From: Sediminibacterium sp.
GTDB lineage: Bacteria > Bacteroidota > Bacteroidia > Chitinophagales > Chitinophagaceae
Assembly (NCBI GenBank): GCA_040374385.1
Contig: JBEIUM010000001.1
Coordinates: forward strand, 1-36,243
Direction: 5' to 3'
DNA length: 36,243 nucleotides
Part shown: in pieces, positions 29,411 through 36,243 of the stretch
Layout: each line of letters begins with the position of its first letter
Numbering within the stretch: the first letter of the stretch is position 1
Program-made: the position numbers and the translations under genes
Notes under the pieces: model-generated
Seen by the model: only the letters and a program-made list of their open reading frames with translations
Told to the model about the DNA's origin: nothing
Databases searched by the model: none

Positions 29411-30862
29411 ATGAAAAGTATGAATATCAATAAAATCGTTATCGTGCTTGGGTTATCAGCTATGGCAGCAGTGGGCTGTAATAAGCGTATAGATGATTTT
29501 GGAACGATCAATAGAAACCCGAATGCTACGACCGTTCCTATTACCTCTGCCTTGTTGACCAACGTACTGGCTAATGCCGGTAATAACGTCTGGGGTGGTG
29601 CCATCAACACTACAGCCGGATTATATTGTCAGTATATGGCTGAGACTCAGTACACGGATATTTCCCGCTATGCTACCCCCACCATTAACTGGGATGGTAC
29701 TTATGCCGGCGATATGTATGACCTACAGAACATCATCAATACCAATACGGATGCTGGAACAAAAGCAACGGCAGCTCAATACGGTTCGAATGCCAACCAG
29801 ATTGCCATTGCGCGCATCCTGAAAGCGTATTACTTCATGACATTGACAGATGCTTATGGAGATGTTCCTTTTTCTCAAGCTTTGAAAGGAGTGGGTACCA
29901 TTCCTTATGACAAGCAGGAAACCATCTATCCGGCGTTGCTCACCGAACTCAAAGAAGCAGTTGCTCAATTTGACAACGGTGCAACGGTACAGGGCGATGT
30001 GATGTATTCCGGTAATACAACTAAATGGAGAAAATTGGCCAATTCACTCAGAGCTATTTTGGCACTTCGTATGTCTAAAGTATTTCCGAGCACAGGTCAA
30101 TTAGCTGCTACCGAATTCGCTGCAGCACTTACTGCTGGCGTGATAGATGCCAACGCAGACAATGCCAATATTCCTTACCCTGGGGGTAATTATCGTAATC
30201 CGATCTACAACTATTACGTAATTACGCAACGTTTCGACTATGCAGTTAGTAAAACCATCACCGACCAGTTGACTACACTGGGCGACCCACGCATCAACAC
30301 TTTCGGCAATAACAGTAAGGGCTTCCCTTATGGTTTGACCAGAAGTGATGCACTGGCATGGCAGACACTGAATCCTACATTTGCCTTTTTGTTAGGGTTT
30401 ACTGCCACACCTCAGACGCTGCCTTTGAGTCTTGTTTCTGCCGGTCAGGTATTTCTGGCAAGAGCCGAAGCTGCCAAAAGAGGCTGGACCACTGAGAATG
30501 CTGCAACTGTATACGCTTCAGGCATTACTGCTGAAATGAACCGTTGGGGTATTTCGAATGCAGCTGCCATCAGTTCCTATCTGGCACAACCCGTTGTTGC
30601 CCTGGATGGATCTGCGGCAGACCTTCAGAAAATTGCTGAACAGCGTTGGCTGTCACACTTCCCCGATGGAAATCAGGGTTGGGCTGAGTGGCGCAGAACG
30701 GGCTTCCCGGCTCTTTCTCCCGCTCCCGGTCAAAGCAATCCCGTTCCTCGTCGGATTCCTTATGGACCCAATGAGCCTCAGCTGAACGCGACCAATTATG
30801 CTGCTGCTGCTGCACTCTACAGCAACAATTCTCAAAATGCTCGCATTTGGTGGGATAAGTAA
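29411..30862 (+). CDS. susD: SusD/RagB family surface lipoprotein
   Basis: Lipobox AVG|C followed by NKRIDD, NRNPN, LTDAYGDVPFSQA, GDVMYSGN..KW.KLANSLR, WAEWRRTGFP, terminal IWWDK. Lies directly downstream of susC. Alternative start 29420. Confidence 0.95.
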   Translation: MKSMNINKIVIVLGLSAMAAVGCNKRIDDFGTINRNPNATTVPITSALLTNVLANAGNNVWGGAINTTAGLYCQYMAETQYTDISRYATPTINWDGTYAGDMYDLQNIINTNTDAGTKATAAQYGSNANQIAIARILKAYYFMTLTDAYGDVPFSQALKGVGTIPYDKQETIYPALLTELKEAVAQFDNGATVQGDVMYSGNTTKWRKLANSLRAILALRMSKVFPSTGQLAATEFAAALTAGVIDANADNANIPYPGGNYRNPIYNYYVITQRFDYAVSKTITDQLTTLGDPRINTFGNNSKGFPYGLTRSDALAWQTLNPTFAFLLGFTATPQTLPLSLVSAGQVFLARAEAAKRGWTTENAATVYASGITAEMNRWGISNAAAISSYLAQPVVALDGSAADLQKIAEQRWLSHFPDGNQGWAEWRRTGFPALSPAPGQSNPVPRRIPYGPNEPQLNATNYAAAAALYSNNSQNARIWWDK

Positions 30863-30880
30863 AAAATGACTACTTCTATT

Positions 30881-30912
30881 AAGGGCCGATACTTTTATCG
30901 GCCCTTTTTTTT
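30881..30912 (+). terminator. Intrinsic terminator of susCD
   Basis: AAGGGCCGATA-CTTT-TATCGGCCCTT perfect stem followed by a T tract. Confidence 0.93.
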
Positions 30913-31053
30913 GCCTTTTTTTGAGTGAATTCTTTTATTGCTGAACTACCAATTGTATGCAGGGGTATAAACTTTAAAGGGAGACCCACCTGCTTTTCAA
31001 ACAATCAATGCTATCGCTTCAGTTAAACCATTGGCAGCAGCCATGGAAATGAT

Positions 31054-31061
31054 TAGCTTTG
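31054..31061 (+). promoter_or_regulatory. -7 promoter element for the DUF3467 gene
   Basis: TAGCTTTG, 16 nt upstream of ATG 31078. Confidence 0.65.
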
Positions 31062-31077
31062 TGCCAATATCAACTGC

Positions 31078-31386
31078 ATGGAAACACAACCCGCCAACCA
31101 ATTGAACATCGAAATTTCTGAAGAAGTGGCTGAAGGCAGCTATGCCAACTTGGCCATCATTACCCACAGTAATGCAGAATTTGTAATTGATTTCGTCAAT
31201 ATCATGCCCGGCACACCTAAAAGCAAGGTTAAATCCAGGGTAATCTTTACCCCCATGCATGCCAAGCGATTCATGAAGGCCCTGCAGGAAAATATCAGTC
31301 GTTTCGAGGCCAGCAACGGCACCATCAAAGATCTCGAGCAAATTGAGATTCCGATGAATTTCGGCGGATTGACTGGCCAGGCATAG
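31078..31386 (+). CDS. DUF3467 domain protein
   Basis: LNIEISEEVAEGSYANLAIITHSNAEFVIDF...KVKSRVIFTPMHAKR..AL.ENI..FE...G.I. Confidence 0.88.
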   Translation: METQPANQLNIEISEEVAEGSYANLAIITHSNAEFVIDFVNIMPGTPKSKVKSRVIFTPMHAKRFMKALQENISRFEASNGTIKDLEQIEIPMNFGGLTGQA

Positions 31387-31393
31387 GGCATCA

Positions 31394-32083
31394 TCAGATC
31401 ATTCCTTCATCTGCGAAGCTGAAATACCCTTCCTGACTTACAATGATGTGGTCAAGCACTTGTATATCCATCAATGCTGCTGCCTGCTTGATTTTATGTG
31501 TGAGCTGTTCATCTGCCTTACTCGGCGTCAGGTTGCCACTGGGGTGATTATGACACAGCACCAAAGCAGTAGCATCCTGCTCCAATGCCTTTTTCAGAAT
31601 AATGCGCGGGTCAGCCACGGTACCGGTGAGTCCGCCTTCACTGATGGTCTCTAATGAAAGTATGCGGTTACCTCTGTTTAGGTATACCACCGCAAAGACT
31701 TCCCGCCTGCGGTGTTCCAGTTTTGCCTGTAGGTATTCGGCAACATCCTTACTGCTATGAATTCTTAATTTAAAATGCTCTGCCGCCTTCCTTCTGGCCC
31801 CCAATTCCATCGCTGCCAGAATGGTAACCGATTTTGCAGCCCCGAGTCCCTCAATCTTTCCATTCACCAGTTCCTGCACACTCATCGCAGCCAAAGCAGC
31901 CAGGTCATTATGCGCATAGAGCAGCATATTTTTAGCTACATCCAGTGCTGAGTGATTGCGGGTTCCATGGTGAATCAAGATAGATAATAGCTCTGTAACG
32001 CTTAAACTGTGCGGTCCGAGGCGCATGAGTTTCTCCCGGGGCCGATCTTCTTCCGCCCATTCCTTGATCGATAATTTTCGCAT
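31394..32083 (-). CDS. radC: RadC family JAB-domain protein
   Basis: IKEWAEEDRPREKL, ELLSILI, HhH-like GLGAAK, HNHPSG...PS..D, LDHII, YFSFADEG. Confidence 0.96.
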   Translation of the reverse strand: MRKLSIKEWAEEDRPREKLMRLGPHSLSVTELLSILIHHGTRNHSALDVAKNMLLYAHNDLAALAAMSVQELVNGKIEGLGAAKSVTILAAMELGARRKAAEHFKLRIHSSKDVAEYLQAKLEHRRREVFAVVYLNRGNRILSLETISEGGLTGTVADPRIILKKALEQDATALVLCHNHPSGNLTPSKADEQLTHKIKQAAALMDIQVLDHIIVSQEGYFSFADEGMI

Positions 32084-32131
32084 GTGAACAAATTGTAATT
32101 AAGTCAATATAATTATTCCTTCCTGAATATC

Positions 32132-32139
32132 TATCTTCG
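32132..32139 (+). promoter_or_regulatory. Probable -7 element (TAnnTTCG variant) for prs
   Basis: TATCTTCG, 17 nt upstream of ATG 32157. Confidence 0.5.
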
Positions 32140-32156
32140 CTCATATCCACGGTTTT

Positions 32157-33113
32157 ATGAATCCTTCCGTTAAGATTTTTTCAGGTACCGGCTCACAAGC
32201 TTTAGCCGAAAAGATTGCACAACGCTTCGGCGCCACCCTGGGAAAAATTAATATCCAGCAATTCAGCGACGGCGAATGTCAGCCGATATTTCTGGAAAGT
32301 ATCCGCGGTGACTATGTGTTCCTGGTGCAAAGCACCTGTTCACCTACCGATAACCTGATGCAGTTGCTACTCATGATTGATGCTGCTAAAAGGGCCAGCG
32401 CCTATCGGGTAGTAGCAGTGATTCCCTACTATGGGTATGCTCGCCAAGACCGAAAAGACAAGCCGAGGGTAGCTATAGGTGCGAAACTCATTGCTACGCT
32501 GCTTGAAGCGGCGGGTGCTGATCGGGTAATTACCATGGACCTCCATGCACCGCAGATTCAGGGATTCTTTGACGTGCCTGTAGACCACCTGGACAGTTCA
32601 GCTATTTTCATCCCCTATATTGACCAGCTTCGTTTGCCAAATCTCTCTTTTGCCGCCCCCGATGTAGGCAGTACCAACCGGGTGCGTGAAATCGCCAGTT
32701 ACTTTAATGCTGAGATGGTGATTTGTGATAAACATCGCAAGCGCGCCAATGAAATTGCCAGCATGGTGGTTATTGGAGATGTGACTGACCGAGACGTTGT
32801 ATTGGTCGATGATATCTGCGACACGGGCGGAACACTCGCCAAGGCAGCCGGACTGCTCAAAGAAAAGGGTGCCAGAAGCGTGCGTGCCATGATTACCCAC
32901 CCGGTTTTGAGTGGCAAGGCCTATGAAAATATTGAAAACAGTGTTTTGGAGGAACTGGTGGTTTGTGATACCATCCCCCTCAAAAAGGAGTCACCCAAGA
33001 TCAAGTCGATCAGTGTGGCCGACCTGTTCGCCATCGCCATCCGGAATGCCTATGAGAATAAGAGCATTACCAGCCTTTTCATCCATTCTCAACTCAGGGG
33101 CAGGGATAAATAA
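32157..33113 (+). CDS. prs: Ribose-phosphate pyrophosphokinase
   Basis: FSDGE, PYYGYARQDRK, DLHAPQIQGFFD, PDVG, VDDICDTGGT (PRPP-binding), THPVLSG. Confidence 0.98.
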   Translation: MNPSVKIFSGTGSQALAEKIAQRFGATLGKINIQQFSDGECQPIFLESIRGDYVFLVQSTCSPTDNLMQLLLMIDAAKRASAYRVVAVIPYYGYARQDRKDKPRVAIGAKLIATLLEAAGADRVITMDLHAPQIQGFFDVPVDHLDSSAIFIPYIDQLRLPNLSFAAPDVGSTNRVREIASYFNAEMVICDKHRKRANEIASMVVIGDVTDRDVVLVDDICDTGGTLAKAAGLLKEKGARSVRAMITHPVLSGKAYENIENSVLEELVVCDTIPLKKESPKIKSISVADLFAIAIRNAYENKSITSLFIHSQLRGRDK

Positions 33114-33146
33114 CCCTTTTTAGCTCGTTTTTTATCTGGTTTTACC

Positions 33147-33154
33147 TAACTTTG
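33147..33154 (+). promoter_or_regulatory. -7 promoter element for rplY
   Basis: TAACTTTG, 68 nt upstream of ATG 33223. Confidence 0.7.
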
Positions 33155-33222
33155 CCGTCCCAAAACCTGGCAGGGACGAATGCTGCCTGTGTTAAGGGAT
33201 CATTCATTAACCAAATTTTTTT

Positions 33223-33849
33223 ATGAAAACAATTACAATCGAAGGTCAACTGAGGACCGAGCATGGCAAAAAAGCCGCCCGCCAGATTCGCTCTCAGGAA
33301 AACGTGCCAGGTGTAATTTACGGGGGTGCGCAGGAGATCAGTTTTTTTGCTTCTGCCAAGGCTTTCAAGCCCTTGGTCTACACCGGTGAATTCCAAATGG
33401 CCGAAGTAACAGTAGACGGCAAAAATTATCGTTGTATCCTGAAGGATCTGCAATTCGACAAAGTGAGTGATGCACTCATTCACGTAGATTTACTTGAACT
33501 GGTCGACGACAAAAAAGTGGTAGCGACCATTCCGCTGAAATTTACCGGTACATCCATCGGTGTACGTGGCGGTGGAAAGCTGATCACTAAAATGAAATCA
33601 TTGAAAATTAAAGCCCTTCCCAAAGACCTGAAGGAATTTATTTCAGTAGATATCACCAACCTCGACCTGAATGGCAACATTCGGGTAGAAGATGTGAAAG
33701 AACCCGGAATGGAGATACTCAATTCTCCTCGTATTCCCATCGCATCTGTGGTACTTACCCGTCAGTTAAAACAAGAGGAAGCTACAGCTACAAAAGCTCC
33801 GGCTGCTGCACCTGCTGCTGCAAAAGCTCCGGCACCTGCAAAAAAGTAA
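33223..33849 (+). CDS. rplY: 50S ribosomal protein L25 / Ctc (long form)
   Basis: R...GKKAARQIR....VPGVIYG, LKDLQF......IHVDL, G.SIGVRGGG, LP......VDIT.L. Sits in the conserved prs-rplY-pth context. Confidence 0.96.
   Translation: MKTITIEGQLRTEHGKKAARQIRSQENVPGVIYGGAQEISFFASAKAFKPLVYTGEFQMAEVTVDGKNYRCILKDLQFDKVSDALIHVDLLELVDDKKVVATIPLKFTGTSIGVRGGGKLITKMKSLKIKALPKDLKEFISVDITNLDLNGNIRVEDVKEPGMEILNSPRIPIASVVLTRQLKQEEATATKAPAAAPAAAKAPAPAKK
33791..33833 (+). repeat. 13-bp direct repeat in the Ala/Pro/Lys tail of L25
   Basis: CAAAAGCTCCGGC at 33791-33803 and 33821-33833 (KAPA...KAPA). Confidence 0.75.
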
Positions 33850-33872
33850 TTCTTATCAAACATGCTTTATCG

Positions 33873-33904
33873 ACTGCAGGTCATTGGGCCTGCAGTTTTT
33901 TTTT
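33873..33904 (+). terminator. Intrinsic terminator after rplY
   Basis: ACTGCAGGTC-ATTG-GGCCTGCAGT stem (one G-U pair) followed by a T tract. Confidence 0.9.
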
Positions 33905-33966
33905 GCCCACCTTCTGCATACCCTGTTGACTTAAATAATGTATTTTAGATAGTCCATTTTTATTCC

Positions 33967-34571
33967 ATGCAACGTTTTTTGATTGTAGGGCTCGGCAACC
34001 CGGGACCCCAGTACCAGCATACGAGGCACAACATCGGTTTCGATGTAGTGGCAGCTTTTGTGCAAGCACATGGCGGCACATTTGTGTTGGGAAGACTTGC
34101 GGAAATTGCTACGGTAAAAATCAAAGGAAGAGAATTCGTCTGTATTCGTCCCACCACATTCATGAACCTGAGCGGACAAGCCTTTCGCCATTGGATGGAA
34201 AGGAAAATATTCCGGTAGAACAGACGCTCACCATCGTTGATGATCTGGCGCTGCCCCTCAGTAAAATACGTCTTCGTGGGTCAGGGTCTGATGCCGGTCA
34301 TAACGGACTCAAAGACATTCAACAAGTGCTGGGCACCGATCGATATCCTAAACTTCGATTTGGCATCGGCAATCAGTTCCCCAAGGGCGGACAAGTCGAT
34401 TTTGTATTGGGCAGGTGGTTACCCGAAGAGGAGCCCATTGTACAGGCAAAAATAAAGTCCTGTGGTACGGTAATCGAGTCTTTTGCTCTGGCCGGACTTG
34501 CCTATACCATGAATATGGCTAATCGACTGGAATTCAATTCTCAAGACAGTAATTTGCCTCCGGCGAAATAG
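33967..34571 (+). pseudogene. pth: Peptidyl-tRNA hydrolase split by a single frameshift (likely sequencing/assembly error)
   Basis: The N-half (33967..34218) has VGLGNPG..Y..TRHNIGF and PTTFMNLSG. The C-half in the -1 frame has VDDL, GSDAGHNGLK, LRFGIG and DFVLG. Adding one A at 34199-34201 gives continuous WMEKENIPVE. Confidence 0.88.
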
Positions 34572-34705
34572 CCTCTTTTTGTTGATATGTTCCGACACCG
34601 AAGCTAAGTTTCCCACCACCTCCTTTTTACCGTTTCCCTCATACAATTTTTTAGTTTTCAACTCGTTCTACACTCAAAGGGCATCTTATGCCCTGATTGA
34701 ACCGT

Positions 34706-35308
34706 ATGAAAATAATTTGTGTAGGCAGGAATTACGCGGCACATGCCAGGGAACTGGGAAATGAAGTGCCGGAAGATCCGGTGATCTTTATGAAACCGGC
34801 GTCGGCATTATTGCCCGAAGGGGCTGATTTCCGTTATCCCGCTTTTACCCGTGACCTGCATTATGAGGCAGAATTGGTACTTCGCATTGGCCGGCCGGGC
34901 AGTCATCTGTCAGCAACAGAAGCGCTGAATCATGTTGATGCCATTACAGTGGGCATCGATTTTACAGCCCGCGATGTGCAAGCAGCCTTAAAAACAAAGG
35001 GACTTCCCTGGGAAAAGGCAAAAGCCTGGGACCAGGCTGCTGTTATTGGAAAATGGCAACCTATGCGGACGGGTGATTTTCATTTTTCCATGAATAAGAA
35101 TGGAGAAATGGTTCAGCAGGGCGACACCACCCACATGATATTTCCTTTTGACGTTCTTCTGGCGCATATATCTGAATACTTTTCGTTGGAACAAGGTGAT
35201 GTAGTATTTACCGGAACACCTGCAGGTGTTGGGCCTTGTGTGCCGGGAGATGTGTTAGAGGGCTTTTTTGAAGATCAATCGGTTTTTATTTTAAAGATTC
35301 ATGCATAA
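34706..35308 (+). CDS. Fumarylacetoacetate hydrolase family protein (YcgM/FAHD-like)
   Basis: MKIICVGRNYAAHAREL, PVIFMKP, LHYEAEL, DFTARD, PWEKAK, GDVVFTGTPAGVG. ATG 34706 preferred over TTG 34697. Confidence 0.93.
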   Translation: MKIICVGRNYAAHARELGNEVPEDPVIFMKPASALLPEGADFRYPAFTRDLHYEAELVLRIGRPGSHLSATEALNHVDAITVGIDFTARDVQAALKTKGLPWEKAKAWDQAAVIGKWQPMRTGDFHFSMNKNGEMVQQGDTTHMIFPFDVLLAHISEYFSLEQGDVVFTGTPAGVGPCVPGDVLEGFFEDQSVFILKIHA

Positions 35309-36243
35309 CCACCCCCCGAACCGCATGTTGAACCTCACTACCTTATTGGATGCTTATCAGATGATGGTTACTGCGCGTACCATGTCTGATACGTATGCGT
35401 CTCATAAGGATGATTGTGCATACATGTTTGCCACTTCACGTGGTCATGAAGCAATACAAATTGCTACCGGACTTCAGTTGCAATCCTGCGACTGGCTGAG
35501 TGCTTGTTTCAGAGATGATAGCTTGCTCTTATCTCTTGGATTTACGCCCTATGAGTTGATGTTACAATTGTTGGCAAAAAAGAATGATCCTTTCTCCGGT
35601 GGCAGAACCTATTATGCTCACCCAAGTAGTAAAGATCCGGGTAAACCCTCTATCATACACCAAAGCAGCGCGGCTGGTATGCAGGCCATTCCCTCTACCG
35701 GATTGGCGCATGCCTTGCGCATTGCCGAGGAGACCGGCTCCATGAAATTGCGAAAAACCAAAGATGGCCAGTTGCCCATAGTGATATGTTCTATGGGCGA
35801 CTTGGCACCCACAGAGGGTGAATTGGCTGAAGCGCTCCAGTTGGCTGCACAACAGCAACTGCCAGTGATTTATCTGGTACAAGACAATGGAAGAAATATC
35901 AGGGTTCAGGCGGATGATAAAAGAAATAATGGTTCTCATGACTGGTCAGTCATCTGTAAGGGCATTGAACAATTGCAATGTGACGGCAGCAATTTTGCTG
36001 AGAGTTTTTTAACTATGCAGCGGGCTACTCAAATTGCCCGCATTGAACGAAAGCCGGTATTGGTGTATGCGACACTTTCTTTTACCGGCTATCAGTCGTA
36101 TGAATTAAAGAAAGGCGGGGGTCGCTACCAATCGATGAGCGGGCAAAGGCCACAGTTGGATCCTGTAGTGATTTTACGGAATGTTTTATTAGAGTCGGGT
36201 ATCTCTGAAGATGATATGCGTATGATTGAGCAGGCTGTGAAAA
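35301..36243 (+). CDS. 2-oxoacid (branched-chain-type) dehydrogenase E1 alpha-like protein, divergent, 3' truncated by window edge
   Basis: Absent from the ORF track because there is no stop in the window. Hand translation from ATG 35301 is open to the end and includes ATSRGHEAIQ, FRDDS, PYELMLQLLAK.NDPFSGGRTYYAHPS, HQSSAAGMQAIP.TG, MGDLAPTEGE and LPVIYLVQDNG. Alternative start 35325. Confidence 0.88.
   Translation, partial: MHNHPPNRMLNLTTLLDAYQMMVTARTMSDTYASHKDDCAYMFATSRGHEAIQIATGLQLQSCDWLSACFRDDSLLLSLGFTPYELMLQLLAKKNDPFSGGRTYYAHPSSKDPGKPSIIHQSSAAGMQAIPSTGLAHALRIAEETGSMKLRKTKDGQLPIVICSMGDLAPTEGELAEALQLAAQQQLPVIYLVQDNGRNIRVQADDKRNNGSHDWSVICKGIEQLQCDGSNFAESFLTMQRATQIARIERKPVLVYATLSFTGYQSYELKKGGGRYQSMSGQRPQLDPVVILRNVLLESGISEDDMRMIEQAVK

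Noticed and set aside
21095-32083. dprA and radC as a competence or mobile-element module
   Set aside because: They are 9 kb apart among unrelated housekeeping genes. radC is the full-length chromosomal type and no com or pilus genes are present.
34590-34608. TTCCGACACCGAAGCTAAG resembles the 5S rRNA loop C segment (TTCCGAAC.CAGAAGTTAAG), near the gene for the 5S-binding protein L25
   Set aside because: The flanks cannot form the 5S helices, the CCGAAC core is broken, and L25 binds loop E rather than loop C. Treated as chance. An Infernal RF00001 scan would settle it.
1-36243. CRISPR arrays, tRNA/rRNA genes, IS elements, prophage or toxin-antitoxin genes
   Set aside because: None seen. Intergenic spaces are short, with no regularly spaced repeats, cloverleaf motifs or transposase/integrase ORFs.

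Overview
Compact chromosomal housekeeping region of a Bacteroidota bacterium, most consistent with a Chitinophagaceae-like organism. The assignment is inferred from the SusC/SusD pair, a type IX secretion type-B C-terminal domain, TAnnTTTG promoters and signal peptides followed by Gln. The window holds about 30 genes: purQ, a two-gene DsbD system, an ECF sigma factor divergent from uvrA, glyA, a sugar nucleotidyltransferase, a FabK-like oxidoreductase, an SDR, a PKD/T9SS surface protein, lnt plus an alpha/beta hydrolase, guaB, an MFS transporter, dprA, a PorE-like OmpA protein, folD-queE, a stand-alone susCD pair, DUF3467, radC, prs-rplY-pth (pth frameshifted), an FAH-family gene and a 2-oxoacid dehydrogenase E1-like gene running off the 3' end. 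I saw no rRNA, tRNA, CRISPR array, integrase, transposase or defence island, and I cannot support a claim of a large novel system. The best leads are: (1) a DsbD whose N-terminal domain has no cysteines, next to a stand-alone Cys-containing copy of that domain; (2) an E1-like protein with eroded active-site motifs overlapping an FAH gene; (3) a pseudoknot-compatible leader upstream of rplY; (4) several apparently leaderless genes; (5) repeats in the AT-rich region upstream of susC; (6) the pth frameshift, most likely an assembly error. All family calls come from motif recognition by eye, with no database searches.
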